A stretch of 61,894 nt of DNA, filler included. It is 12 parts of 12 records of this genome, joined end to end, with 100 filler letters (N's around TTAATTAATTAA, not from the genome) between each part and the next. Parts side by side here need not be neighbours in the genome. Positions count along the whole stretch, not along the records: positions 42,128 to 53,073 come from SRR15195285_8693; positions 53,174 to 57,615 come from SRR15195285_8696; positions 57,716 to 61,894 come from SRR15195285_8706; 9 more parts are not named here. One strand, 5' to 3'. Both the position numbers and the translations under genes were made by a program. Below, piece after piece: positions 45,407-58,045 of this stretch; the stretch's first letter is position 1; every line of letters begins with the position of its first letter. A model generated the notes under the pieces. The model searched no databases, was not told the DNA's origin, and worked only from the letters and a program-made list of their open reading frames with translations.

Positions 45407-45712
45407 ACCCTGCCACGCAGTGAGACCACGCCTTCCAGCCTTCCACGCGCCAACGGCCGGGAACTCAACCTGGGCACTGCGGACACAACCAGCCGGGCGG
45501 CTGCCGCCGTACGCAGTGATATACGCACGCGCGCGCACGCGCGCGCGCGGCCTTGACGCGACGACGCGTTCGCGATACAACGCGCCGAATGTACTAGTAG
45601 CGCTAATATCGATGTACATGTATACATCGCGACGGACGCGATGTAGCTAATAGTAGCGAGATCGTGGTCCGTCCGTGCCCTTCGTACGTGCAGCAGACAC
45701 CCGTATCGATCG

Positions 45713-47383
45713 ATGGACGCTGGTCATGGCCAGCAGCAGCAGCAGCAGCAGCAGCGCGTGATACTGCACCTCGACGCCGACTGCTTCTTTGTGCAGGTGC
45801 ACCTGCTGCACGATACCTCCCTGCGAGGCGGGCGGGCGGTGGCGGTACAGCAGCACGACGATGTGATCGCTGCTAACTATCCGGCCAAGGCACTCGGGAT
45901 CAAGAAGCACATGGCGCCGCCCGCGGCGAAGCGGCTGCTCGAGGCAGCCGGAGGGCGCCTCGTCCACGTCCCCGACGAAGGGCGGCCACCACGCACGAGT
46001 TACAGAATCTATCGCGAGGCCTCCGATAGCGTCGAAGACGCACTGCGCGCGGCCATCGACGGTCACAGCGAAGTTTTCGAGCGTGGCCACGGCATGGATG
46101 AATGGTTTATTGACGCGTCGCACGAGTGTGAGGGCAGCCTCGAAGTAGGGGCAAAGCTTGCGGTCTCGCTGCGCCAGCAAGTGCGCCAATGCTGTGGCAT
46201 AATTATCTCTGTGGGCGTTGCTCGCAACAAGTTCATAGCAAAACTCGTCGCCTCGTGTCATAAGCCTGACGGGCTGACAGTGGCTTTCCCAACTGGCACC
46301 CGTCTGCCAGGTCAGCGCCACCAATCCCTGTCCAGTGCTGGTTCTGTAGGCGAGGGTTTCTGCAGCAGTAGTGGCAGCGCTTCCGATGGCGATGTGGGCA
46401 GCTGGCCCGCCGAAGCCCACGCCATCGATGCAGAGGAAGCAGTGCGCGATGCGTCCTCCAGCAAGCTGCCTGGGCTAGGCCCTTCCAGCACCCACTCGAG
46501 CACGCTGAAGAGCAACGGTATTGCAACCATCGGGCAGCTACAGGACCTCGGGGCAGACGGCATCTCTCATCTTCTCGGCGTGACACCCACGCGCGCCATG
46601 GCGCTGTGGCAGCTCGCCATGGGCATCGATGATAGCGACGTGGTGGACAGGCCGCCGCAGTCAATGGTCGAGCAAATGAGCCTCGCGACAGAGGAGGTCG
46701 GTCACATTCGTCTGGTCACTGTGAGCAGTGACGCAGCGGTGGCGCGGCTGATGGAGATGGGGAGCTGCATTGCGCACCGGGTGGCTAGTCACTTGGCCAG
46801 ACACGCTCAAGCGCCAACGACGCTGACGCTCAGCGCATCCGCGGCAAGAAGTGGCGAGGTTCGACAAAAGGCCAACAAGGGGGCCGCCGTCCAACAGGCA
46901 AAGCAAAGCAGCGCACCGATGCCACAGCCGCCCTCCAATGCGACCGCCAAAGCTATTGGGCGCATGGCGTGCAGCCTGCTGCAGCGAGTGGCGGCCACAC
47001 AGGGCTGGCGATCTGACTTTATCTTGAACAAGCTCACGTTGACCGCGAGTTCAATGAGAAAGTACCATAAAGCCTCGCGGTCGCAGCCAAGCGTCTCCAG
47101 CCATTTCAGCCCAGCAAAAACAGGTCGCGCTGTTGTTCCGGCCTCAGAAACAGTGCCCAAAGGGGTTGCTGCACCTACGTCTCTTTCTGCTGATGTTGTG
47201 GACACAGATACACCTGTGGTGGCATGCAACAGTGGTAGACAAAAACGTGGGCGCGATGTCGCTGCCAGTACAGACGACGGGAGTACCACTGGTGCTACAT
47301 GCGACGCCACGTTGCTTGAGGCATGGGTGGCCTCGCGCGTGCGACAATCGACGTTGTGGGGCATGGCACGACCAGGTTCTTAA
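45713..47383 (+). CDS. Y-family translesion DNA polymerase (Pol iota/eta-like)
   Basis: VILHLDADCFFVQV, AVQQH...ANYPAKALGIKK, YREAS, catalytic GMDEWFID, SVGVARNKFIAKL...KPDG, HhH LPGLG; PIP-like QPSVSSHF. Confidence 0.9.
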   Translation: MDAGHGQQQQQQQQRVILHLDADCFFVQVHLLHDTSLRGGRAVAVQQHDDVIAANYPAKALGIKKHMAPPAAKRLLEAAGGRLVHVPDEGRPPRTSYRIYREASDSVEDALRAAIDGHSEVFERGHGMDEWFIDASHECEGSLEVGAKLAVSLRQQVRQCCGIIISVGVARNKFIAKLVASCHKPDGLTVAFPTGTRLPGQRHQSLSSAGSVGEGFCSSSGSASDGDVGSWPAEAHAIDAEEAVRDASSSKLPGLGPSSTHSSTLKSNGIATIGQLQDLGADGISHLLGVTPTRAMALWQLAMGIDDSDVVDRPPQSMVEQMSLATEEVGHIRLVTVSSDAAVARLMEMGSCIAHRVASHLARHAQAPTTLTLSASAARSGEVRQKANKGAAVQQAKQSSAPMPQPPSNATAKAIGRMACSLLQRVAATQGWRSDFILNKLTLTASSMRKYHKASRSQPSVSSHFSPAKTGRAVVPASETVPKGVAAPTSLSADVVDTDTPVVACNSGRQKRGRDVAASTDDGSTTGATCDATLLEAWVASRVRQSTLWGMARPGS

Positions 47384-48206
47384 CATACATGGATCCTAAC
47401 GGTCCTAGCTACATACGAGCTGTGGCGTCATGAATGACTTGCCTCTCTCCCTACCGGCAATGCCCAGATAATTGCAGTGTGAAGCAAGACCAGTGGTTGA
47501 CTCCTGTGGGGCTGCAGAGTGGCAAACAACGACGGAGATGGGGTGCATCCAGCAGCCAGAACAGCATCATGTTGAATATTGATAGATGCCACATTGTTTG
47601 TGCATGTGCACAAGTCGTGATGTTGTGCGATGACAGGCTACGCCATTCGAAGAACGGCCGCAGTATTACCACATCGGCTACCACGAGTCTCGAGGCAAGC
47701 TTGAAGGTCCACCGCAACTTTGAGCCCCGACCCTATCTTCTAGCCTATCCAGCAGATTGACACGAGCTGGAACGATCACCGTCCTCACCATTACTTGCTA
47801 TGCTGGACGTAGCATGTGTGGTAGTGTCAACTAAGATAGAAAACATCATTTTTCGTGCATGCGTTGATCACTCTACCGTTGAGGCCGACTCTCGAGACTC
47901 CCGCTTGCGCATGGCTCTTTTTTGCGAGGAATGAAAATCGGACCGAGAACGTGCGATGTTTGATGAGGGATGTGGCAGAATTCAATTAGAGCGAATGACA
48001 GTAATTTCACTTATGCGATTAGGAATTAGTGAGCCGCACACGCAGCGACGAGGCGGTCAGCCGGGCGCCACTCGATTTCTCAGTGCGATTCTCTAGAGGG
48101 TGTGAACGCACCTCCGCCACTGTCGCTCATCCCACGGTGTATACAGGGACAGTGTCGGCCACATACCGTGTTAGGAATAGCGCTGTGGGCGGGCAGGACG
48201 GGGGCG

Positions 48207-49139
48207 ATGGATGAGGTGGCGGCGCTCGAGCAGCTCAAGTCGCTGCACCAGCGGAAGACGCAGCAGATTGAGCACGTGAAGACGCTGACCGCTGAGTTCC
48301 GGCAGTGGCGAGGCGACTTTACGGGGCAGCTCGGGGCGCAGCGCGAGGACATGCAGAACATGCGCAAGCAGCTGCATGAGGATGCGTTGAAGCAGCGCGC
48401 CGAGTTCCAGGAGATGCAGGCCGAGCTTCAGCGCCAGCTTGAAGATCTCATTAGCTCTAATCTCTCGGCGTTCCCAGTTCTCGAACCCGCCGCCGGGCAA
48501 CCGCGTCCCGGGCAGCCGCCGGATCCCCCAGAGCCGCACGAGCCCGAGCCGCCGCCGCCACTGTCGTCGTCGTCGCGGCACCCACCGGCGCACTCTGGCA
48601 CCGAACGGCGAGCGTCGTCTAGCCGGCGCAAGGGGAGCGGGCAGCAGGTCGGATCGCGCACGGCGCCTGTCGCAGGCGCGCAAGACTCGTCGCTGGCCGT
48701 CAAGCTCAGCCACGAGCTTGGGATCCCCGTGGAGCTTCTGGCGGCCTCGTCGTCCAGCAGACCTGCGCCGCTGCCTGCGGAACCAGAACCGCGCCGCGCG
48801 CCGTTGCAACGAGAGACGGCCGCAGACGCCCCGCCCCGCACTGGCACTGCGACGCGGCGGATACGAAGCCGGGACACGGACGACGAGTCTACGGCATCGT
48901 CACGTTACTCTGGTGATCATCGCAGCGCGAGAAGCGACTCCGGTAGTTCTACAAGCTCTGCCTACAGCGATGAGGACGATGATGACGCCAGTGACTACTC
49001 GGACTACAGCAGTGGAACGAGCGGAGCGAGTGATAGGAGCTACTCTTCCTACTCTGACAGCGATGCGTCGAGCTACTCTGGTAGTGTCAGGTCAAGCCAC
49101 AGCAGGCGCGGCAGTGGCAGCCGTACCGGAAGAAGATGA
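48207..49139 (+). CDS. Coiled-coil protein with Ser/Asp/Tyr-rich tail
   Basis: Heptad-rich N-terminus from ATG 48207, Pro-rich linker, SDYS/SSYS repeats. Confidence 0.6.
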   Translation: MDEVAALEQLKSLHQRKTQQIEHVKTLTAEFRQWRGDFTGQLGAQREDMQNMRKQLHEDALKQRAEFQEMQAELQRQLEDLISSNLSAFPVLEPAAGQPRPGQPPDPPEPHEPEPPPPLSSSSRHPPAHSGTERRASSSRRKGSGQQVGSRTAPVAGAQDSSLAVKLSHELGIPVELLAASSSSRPAPLPAEPEPRRAPLQRETAADAPPRTGTATRRIRSRDTDDESTASSRYSGDHRSARSDSGSSTSSAYSDEDDDDASDYSDYSSGTSGASDRSYSSYSDSDASSYSGSVRSSHSRRGSGSRTGRR

Positions 49140-49203
49140 CAAGTCGGTCCATTTGAGAAAGTTAGAAAAACGCTGACCATGGCCACATGTGTGTCCGATT
49201 AAT

Positions 49204-52200
49204 CTATTCGTCTTGACGCGTCTGCGAACCTGCTTGCATGTCTTCCACCACCTGCGCTGAAGCCGATACCAGCGCAGCTAGTTCTTTGGACGGAAGCGTC
49301 TCCGTGCGCAGAGCTTTGGCCAATTGGCTCAGCAACCGTCTAGCTGCCTCACAGCTGCGCGCGGCAGTCCATGCCTGGAGATTCGACGCCTGGATGGCAG
49401 CGGCATCCACCAGACTGGGTGGTAGCTCGGCTAGCCGCGCGACGTTGAGACCGAAAGAGCTGTGCGCAGTGCCTCGGACGAGCTTGTACAAAAACAGCAC
49501 GCGCCGCGAGGCTGTCGCACTCGCTGCTGCACATACTTTTGAATCGCTCAAGTCTGTCGAAGAGCCTGGCACTACGTCTGCACCTTCGTCGCAGCCCTCC
49601 GTAGTTTCCTCCTCCAGAAACGCCATATGGTAGTTCGCTACACCAGGCTGCTCGTGAGCGAGCCGTGCAAGCAGCGGGTAATGTGTCACAAAAAGAGTGG
49701 GGACCCGAGCCAGCGCCAAGTGCCTGACCATCACGCCGAAAGAAGACCCAAGCGAATCAGGCTATCCGCAGATGAGAGAGGAGTGGCAACAAAACGAGCT
49801 GACTCACCGCAACGTCGCGTACGCGATCGCGAGACCATCGTGCGTTGAAGTACCGCGACCAACCTCATCGAGAATGACCATAGAGCGCTGCGTTGCCTCT
49901 CGGAGGATGATGGCTGTCTCTTCCATCTCAACAAAAAACGTGGAGCGCCCAGTCGCGAGTGAATCGCCGGCACCCATTCGCGTATGGATCGCATCAAACA
50001 GCCGCAGCGTCACCGTATCTGCAGGTACGAAGCTTCCTATCTGCGCCATAATCACGATGAGGGCAGCCTGGCGCATATAGGAAGACTTTCCTCCCATGTT
50101 TGGCCCAGTAATGATCAGACAATGCTCGCCTAGGTTGGCTGATTTGATCTCAGCGGCACATTGCCCCAGGGCGATATCGTTCGGTACGAATGACTCGCCA
50201 GAGGGCAAAAGCCCCTCAACCATTGGGTGGCGCGCGCCAACTGCTTTCAAGGAAGCACCGCCATGCCCACCGTCGTCGATAATGGTTGGTCTGCAATAGC
50301 CTGGCAACTTGGCTACCTGTGCCAACGCCAGCAGGCAGTCAAATGTAGCAAGCGATGTTGCCAGTCTTCGCCATGCTATGTAGCCGTTTCCACTCAGAAT
50401 TCGACCCATGAAGTCGTGCCATGCAGCATGTGCTGCTGCGGTTAAGCGCTCGCGAGCCTCATTCAGAATCTGCAGAAGCTGCGCAACCCGAGGCGGCCGG
50501 AAGCGGCTCATAGCTTTGGTCTTGTTCACCAACATCCAGTCACGTGGCACCTCTTTTAGCCGCGTATTCGGAACCTCGACAAGGAACTCTTCAACGAGCA
50601 CTTTCTTGTACTGCGTCACGCCACGAAAGAGTGGCTGTATCGTCTCAGCGCGATATGACTCCAGCGCCATCTCAGCATCAGCAATCGCTTTCTGACAGTC
50701 TCGGACCGCGTCCGGGCGTGCATCGCCTCGCAGCACCATCGTTTTGTCGTCTGATAGCGCTGCACGCTCATCAATTGCTTCGGATACTTCATGTAGCCAC
50801 GCGCCTAGGGTGTCAGTGGCCTGTGCGGGAAACAGTTCGTGCAGCAATTTACACGGTGCTTCCTCTCCCTGAGTGCCAGCAGCAGACGGCATAGCATCAC
50901 ATGCAGCACGGAGGCCCTGCAACATTCCTACAAACGCCACCGGCTGCATTTTCTTGTAGTGCACGGCGTTGAGGCCGCGCTCTAGATCTGGAAGCGCCTT
51001 GGACTGTAGCAGCTGAGCGATCGGGACGACCTGCGCTGGCACCCCAGCGTGAGACGACAACTCAAAGATGGCTTCTTGCCTTGCTATCACGTCGGACGGC
51101 TTCAACAGCGGCTGTAGAAGCCATTGCCGTAACATGCGCCCACCCATGCTCGTGTTGGCACGGCTAAGCAGCCACAGTAGTGAACCTTTCGTTCCTCCAT
51201 CCGTCGCATTCAGAATCTCAAGGTTTCTCAATGTGTTCGCGTCGAGTCTCATCTTGCGCTCAGGAGCGAACGGGCTGAACTGCTCCGGTTTTGCAAGAGC
51301 AGCTTCCAGTCCAAACTCTTCCAAATAGCGCAGCAGCACAGCCAAACATACGACGACAGGTTCCGGCAGCCCCAAGACAGCTACACCTCCAGACACCTCA
51401 GCCTCGGCGGATGCTTTTGGCTGGCTCTCGTAAAAGTCCACGACAGATGTCATAGCTCTCGGATAATCCCAGTGTGCTCTTGGTCGGCGCTCCAGGCGAC
51501 AACCCTGTGCAACTAGCAGGGCGATGATTTGCTCTGATGCCGACGTCATTACTCCTTCTGGTGGGAGCAGCAGCTCTTTCGGCTGCAGCTGCGCGAGGCG
51601 AGTCTCGAGCGCCGGTCGTCCGGCACAGTCCTCAAAACAGTCATGGATTACGGAAGCAGTCGCGGCGTCCACCGCGACGAGGGACACCCGAACTTCAGGG
51701 GGCGGCGCGGAGCCGGCCGAAGGTCCAGGCAACGCGCCCGAGGGTGGTGAGATCGCAGTTTCGCACAAACATACGAGGAAGTTGGTGAGCGTTGGCAGGC
51801 TTGAGTGGTGCTGCTCCACCTCCGTGCCTTCTCCCGCCGTCGCCAGCTCATCGACGAGGGTGGACTTGGTGAAGAGATCCGTTAACGCACGAGTGAACAT
51901 CTTCGAGCGTGTAGAACTCGCACGTTTGAGGGCGGCTGTCTCTGTCTGACGCACCACACCGACTTTGTGCCCCGCCTCGACCAGTCTACGCAGATGGATT
52001 TTCAGGCGGTCCGTGGGCACACCAGCCTGAATCATGTGATTCTTTGGGTAAGCTACGATGCTGAGCACCTCGGCAGCGATCTTCGCGTCCTCGCCGTAGA
52101 ACATGAATTTGTAGCCGACCTCTACCGCCAGCAAGATTCCTTCGTGCCGCTCCTTAAGTGCGATGACTTGCTTCTCCAGAGGCGTGTAGTCTCCACCGGA

Positions 52201-52614
52201 GGCGCCTGACGTGGGCGCCGGCGCAGCGCGCCGCTCGCGCTCCGAGTGCATGCGTTCGAGCGCCTGCCCGAACTGTGCCTGTCGCTCCGGATCCGGCGCC
52301 AGGTGGTCGAAGCAGCCCGCGCCTCGTGCGCTCGGTTGCTGCACCGCCGAGGCGCTTGCTCCTGTGCGTGCATCAGAGGAGTGCGACGCAGCCGCCGGCC
52401 GCCGGTCCTCGTCAAAGTCATCCGAGTCCGAGCCCGCCGCGACTGTGCGAGCTCGCGGGCGTTTACGCTGCGCCACCGTCTCCTCCGGCGGCTTCGCAGC
52501 CTTGCGCTTGCCGCCTCCGACACTTGCCGCCTCCGACACTGACGGCGTCGCCACCTGTGCAGCAGCAGGCCGCGATTTCGCGAAAAAAGACGACAGCACC
52601 TGCTGCCTCCCCAT
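49204..52614 (-). CDS. MSH3: DNA mismatch repair protein MSH3
   Basis: N-terminal PIP box QQVLSSFF; YTPLEKQV and VEVGYK (MSH3-type, lacks the F-X-E of MSH6/MutS); Walker A GPNMGGKS; DEVGRGTSTHDG; TLFVTHY; intron 49724-49807. Confidence 0.93.
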
Positions 52615-53073
52615 GCACGCCGCACCAACCAAACCCCGCCGCCCCTAGCCAAGCCTCCACTCCCGGAGGGGGAGCTCGGCAGCAGCTCGCCAGCAGCTTG
52701 GCAGTAGCAGCAGCTGTCACTGTGGCGGCACGCTGCGGCGCCCCGCCCCAGCAGCGCACTGTGGCGTAATGACCTCAGGAGCTCAGGAGCACTGGTGCCA
52801 CCACTGTGCGCGGCTCACGTCCTCACGACTCAGCAGGTCCAGAGGTCCTTGAAAATTCAATTCAATTTGACAATTTCTCCAATCCGGCCGGGAAGCCCCC
52901 CGGATGGAGACTCACCACTCAGACTCACGCACACTCGACACTGCCGGAGCTGACTCTCCCCTTGCTGCGTGTAAATACACGTACGGTCGTAGGATCCTAA
53001 TGAGTGCTAACCGGTACGGTAACGGGTAAGCGGCAACGGGTAATGGCAGCTGGGAGTATGCAGTGGAGATCAG

Positions 53074-53173
53074 NNNNNNNNNNNNNNNNNNNNNNNNNNN
53101 NNNNNNNNNNNNNNNNNTTAATTAATTAANNNNNNNNNNNNNNNNNNNNNNNNNNNNNNNNNNNNNNNNNNNN
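53074..53173. other. Artificial contig linker
   Basis: 44 N + TTAATTAATTAA + 44 N. Confidence 0.97.
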
Positions 53174-53997
53174 GGGACCGGGCGGGTGTGAGTAGCGTCG
53201 ACTCTAGCTAGGTGGGGTTCTGGGGTATTTGGCGTGACGGCTTGGCCCCACACCGACGCCCACGACTACTGCGCGCTGGCACCAACCATTCAAGCGTCAC
53301 GTTCGGGGAGGGAGCTGTGGTTCGAGGGCCAGATGCTACAGTGCGTGTGCTCAGCCGCCTTGGGTTCACCTCGCCACAATGGCCCTCATCGTGCATTCCC
53401 GCATCCCCACGTCTGCCCGGCTCGTGTGCTGGTCAGTGCACAATGACTTGTCCACCAACGCCACCTGCCCCGTCCACCAACAAGGCAGCGTGGTTCCGTC
53501 TGTTTGAGCCAGGCCAAGCAGGCTGCGCCGACACCGCCGGCTGCTTGGAATTTGAGCGCTTAGATGATGTGCCTGGCGGACAGTGCAAGATGGCGATCAT
53601 GTTTGACGAGCCCTCCCATACCTACTGGCAGCTGGGCAATCACATCACGACACCACAGGCACCCACTGCGCATGGAGTACACTGGTGGTTCATGCGCAAC
53701 AACCTTACACTGTCATTCTCGAAAGATCTTGAAGACTGGACCATCGCTAAACGCATTTTGTGGGACGATACCGGGCTCTCTGCAGAGCAAAGTCTCATCC
53801 AAACGGGCTTTCATTACCCCGACTGGGTAGTGGATGGCGACGACTTGCTGTGCTTGGTGCGTACAGCCTATCGTGGGGCGGTCAACACGCACGACAGTAA
53901 CCGCATCACACTCAAGCGCGTCACAAACTTCAGACAGCTAGTTACCAGCGAGAGCGTGGGCGAGGAGAAACAAGCCGTCGATGCGATGCTGGTGTGA
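53174..53997 (+). CDS. C-terminal part of a sialidase-like beta-propeller protein (5' partial)
   Basis: GGQCK...YWQLGN, RNNLTLSFSKDLEDW, GFHYPDW.VDGDDLL..VRTAYRGA...HDSNRIT...VTNFR resemble a bacterial BNR/sialidase-like family. Confidence 0.65.
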
Positions 53998-54187
53998 AGG
54001 CAATCGTGTGCTTCGATAATCATGGAAGCCTGCGCTTTATAAATTCAACTTGCGAGGATTCTCGAATAGTGCTATGCATCTGGGTGCTTCGCCCCTGGCT
54101 CTTCCGAATCGGAACATCGATCGAAACACTTGCAGCCACACTACCTCATTTAAGATAGACCCGCGCGTTGCCGAATATATCAAATTT

Positions 54188-57100
54188 TTATGGGTAGGGC
54201 TTGAAGCCCTCTGCTACTGCACCCCAGCTCTCAGGAAAGCCCACCTCTACAGGCTTCCCTTGGGCATCGAAGAACCCCCCCGCCATCATCGCGACCGCAG
54301 AGAGCAGCCCACCGTTGCCAGGCAGGTACACAGGCAGCGAAGGTGTCTCGTAATCATGACCGTTGGTCCAATAGAAATTCTTGGTCTCGTTGCGAAGGAG
54401 CATGTCAACCACCGCAGAAGAGTCCCAGCCCATGCGCATTTGTGCGAAGGCCCACAGTGGGTAGTCCCACCCCCACGTGCCACTCCAGTCCCATCCCACG
54501 ATGGAGTACCGCAGCGTAGAGTTGAAGGTCTGCGGGTCCAGTGGCGGCTGCACGGCAGCGCCGTTGATCATGCCCAAGGCACCAAGAAACAGCGGGTGCG
54601 ACTGGTAGGCACCAGAGCACTTGTGCTGGCCGGGCTTGGCCGCTGCTGAGTGAGGGAAGCCGTAGCAGTTTCCGTTGATTGCATAGGCTGAGCTGTAGTT
54701 GCCTCGGCTTGGGATCGTCGTTGGCTGAGCCAACCGCTTGAGCGTGTCTTCCCATTCAGGCTTCAGTGGTAAATGAGCGCGCGCCCGCCACTCACTTGCA
54801 ATTTTCAGTCCAAGCCGCCAGTACGTCAGCTCGAACCTGCGACGCAACAAAGATCGCCATTGGCACGATAGCACCAGCATGCAGACAACCAAATCACAGC
54901 AGCACACCGTTCAAGTCAGAAGAGCTCTTGCAGACATGATAACTATTACGCTTGCTCCCCTTCCCCTCTCCCTCTGTGCATGTACGGCGCACGTTGGATT
55001 CCAGGTTTCGTTCTGTGGATTTCCTTCCTCTCCACCATCAGTAGGTGGACCAAGCCACAGCATGTCGCCATTAGTCAATACATCAGACTGCTGCCCACTC
55101 GCTGGTGGCACAGACGGATAAGATGCCATAAAGTCGGCGGTCGCCTCCACAACTTGAGACATTCGTCGAACGACGGCCGCGGCGGCGGTTGGGCTCGGGG
55201 CGTGGAGCCGCTGCAAGGCACACAGCAATGGACCTCGACGTTACAATTTGCATGGACGCTGTCCAGGCCTCGACAAACAGACGTTCGCAGCAGTCATGTT
55301 GCTCCAGTTTCTGCGGTGAGTGTCTTAGTGCTCGTACACACCTGCTGCTCTGACATCCAGATGATATGTGGCTGCTGCCAGATCAACATCGGACCAGTAG
55401 CTGACGGCCCGGTGTGGTAAAGCAGCGAGAAGGTGGAGTTGGAGTAGTCGGTCTGGCCCATAGATGGCGCATTAAACGCTCCGCTACTGCGCGGATTACA
55501 ACGGAGAGTTGTCTCCGGCCCCACCATCTTTGGCCAGCGCGCACCCTTGTAACCTTGGTTGGCTGCATACGCAGTGGCATTGGGTAGCATCTCAACATAC
55601 CAACCATCGCTTCGCTGCAGCAACTCCGGCCGCTGCCAGAGCCCGAAGTGGGCCTGATGCCACCACCGCATCTCATGGTGGTACTTGCCGTACCTGGTTG
55701 AGTGCACACAAATGCACGTGCATTGGTTACCTGAACAGGTCTCTCGCTGTCACATTGCATTGTACAAGCGCCAGACAGATGCAAGTTGGACATAGAAACA
55801 TAGTGGGAGTTGGACAGAATGGACGTATTGCAATGGACGTATTGCTTTACCAGCTGTTCAGAGTATACCCAGTTTCCTGTGGTGGTAGGGAGCCTGCGGA
55901 CTGTGAACGCGTCAGGTACTGTGACAGTACTATCCGCCTCTCGAGCTCAATCGCCCGCGGGTCATCTTTCCCTAGGTCGACGAATGCACCACTTAGCCAA
56001 AATTTGGACCAGCCTTCGGCGGAAGCCGCAGCTACCTCGTTATATAGTGGCAGCAACGATGCTTCGGCCTGGAGATCGCTTGCGCTGGTGCGCATCGCAG
56101 TGGCAAGCAGAGCGCTTGTATGTGAGTGCTTCTGCACAAGCCAGTCAGCAGAAGGATCGATGGGGTAGCGAGCTCCAGGTGGGGACAACAAGCACGACAG
56201 CTCAATTGAGCTAGACTTCGTATTGCCACCAGCATGGGTCCATGGAGTGGACGTAGTGGAGCTGGGTTTCAGAACGAATGCGTGCGGCCCATCTTGTGTC
56301 CACGTGTAGTTTGCGTCGCTCCATCGACACAGCACCTCATAGCTATCGAAATCAAGCACGCGCTTCAGCAATGCGGAGTCAGCTGTCGTCTTCACAACAG
56401 TGGTGCTGTGCTTGGAGTCTGAGGTCCAGTCGTGCCCTGGGCCCATCGACTGTTCTGAGCCGTAAGGAAAAGCCACGCGAATCGCAAGTGCCTCTGGTGC
56501 TGTGTTTCGCTGGTTCTCGCCCTTTGCCGACAACGAGTACCGCCATTGCAGCTTCCATGAAATCACGTCAAGGTCCATCATCATCGCCGTGCGACTGAAG
56601 TACGATACCCTGCCCCCACCGATCGTGAACGTTGACGACAGCTCACCTGTCCATGGGTTCAATTCTTGCGCCGCCCCGGCGCCCAGGTCGAGATCGGCAG
56701 GCACTAGTGGCGTAGATGGGGCCGACGGTTTGCGTAGCGCTACCTGGATTAGATCCAGACGATGCGGATTGGAGCGCAACCATGCCCCACCAGGCTGTTG
56801 CTGGTTGAGCGGATACGGCACATTCCGCCCGGACGAAACTTGGAAGTCGGTGTACTGGAAGATGTCGAACGGGGATGGCCCCTGGTACGGCGACGAATGC
56901 CAACCCCAATCCGAGAGCGTAGTGAGCGGAAGTGTGGTGTATGTACCGTTCAGCGTCTGGAAACCGGTCATGTCAGCATTGAATCCGACAGCGCCGTTCC
57001 CAAGCGTCAGGGTCTGGGGCGCCTTCGGTTGCGTCGGGCCGGTCGGATGGGATGGTGGCCCTGAGGAGCAGCTGCTAGTACCAGGCTCTCGACACCAGCG

Positions 57101-57556
57101 ATACTGTGCAGTCAGCGGCCGCGGATCACTCCACGTCAGAGAAACACAGCTGGGATCCATCTGTCCAATTTGGTATGCAGCGTGTGGGCCGGTACGTCCG
57201 ATCCACAGCGATCGGTTTGCGTATACACAGAGCGGAACATTCTTCCAAGCGTGTTGCGTCGACACGTTGTAGCTATGGACGAGACCTGCGGCTGGGCAGA
57301 ACGACGAGAACGCTGTATCCACGTCAACACTGAATTCGTCGTGATGGTGGACATCGTGCGCATCCCACCAATGGCCCTCGACGCTGCAAGTACCTGGACC
57401 CTCCACCTCAACATGCTGCTCATGATTCCCGGTGGACGACAGCCTGAGCCCACCGACACCGTTCAGCCGCACAAGGTGTCGTTCGATCACCTGCTTGCGA
57501 TCAATCAGCCCTGGTAGCCCCGCAATGCTGAGCACGGCAGCGAGCAGCAGTACCAT
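54188..57556 (-). CDS. Secreted six-hairpin glycosidase (GH65/GH95-like)
   Basis: Exons 57556-55851, 55693-55342, 55210-54993, 54836-54188. Motifs LGNG, SDWGWH, ELERRIVLSQY, PPQETG, WYGKYHHEM, QGYKGARWPKM, IWQQPH, NPTFEL.YW, TWGWD, YLPGNGGLL; signal peptide. Confidence 0.85.
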
Positions 57557-57615
57557 CCGTCACCTCCCCGCCGCTGCGCAGGCGGTGCACCCCCCGCCGC
57601 GAGCTGCACCCCCCG

Positions 57616-57715
57616 NNNNNNNNNNNNNNNNNNNNNNNNNNNNNNNNNNNNNNNNNNNNTTAATTAATTAANNNNNNNNNNNNNNNNNNNNNNNNNNNNN
57701 NNNNNNNNNNNNNNN
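57616..57715. other. Artificial contig linker
   Basis: 44 N + TTAATTAATTAA + 44 N. Confidence 0.97.
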
Positions 57716-58045
57716 TGCGAGCGTGGGATTGGATGTTTTGGGTACCGAGTTCAAGTTAATGTTACCATATGATACCTGGGGCACCCCACGATCTGCCCGC
57801 CTGGTGGTCCATCCGTCTGCTGCGTGGCCGCGGGATCGGTCAGCGCTGGGTGCGTGAGTGGTGGCTGGTGAGGCCTGCAGTGCAGAGCTGATATCACCGC
57901 TGGTGACACCAGCGCCGAACCGCCGATGCTGGCACGGGAAGACCGGATGTGAGGCAGTGAGCGTGGGACCGTGGGGCGGAAATTGCATCGCAGTGAAACC
58001 TTCTCAGCGAAGCTAGTTGCGCAGCCGGTACAGTAGCGATAGTAG

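Noticed and set aside
53005-53050. GGTAAC/GGGTAA-like units near the contig end as telomeric repeats
   Set aside because: Few, irregular units with no consistent period
37401-53073. Exonuclease + Y-polymerase + MSH3 as one DNA-repair cluster
   Set aside because: The exonuclease lies across the linker at 42028-42127; only the polymerase and MSH3 are physically linked
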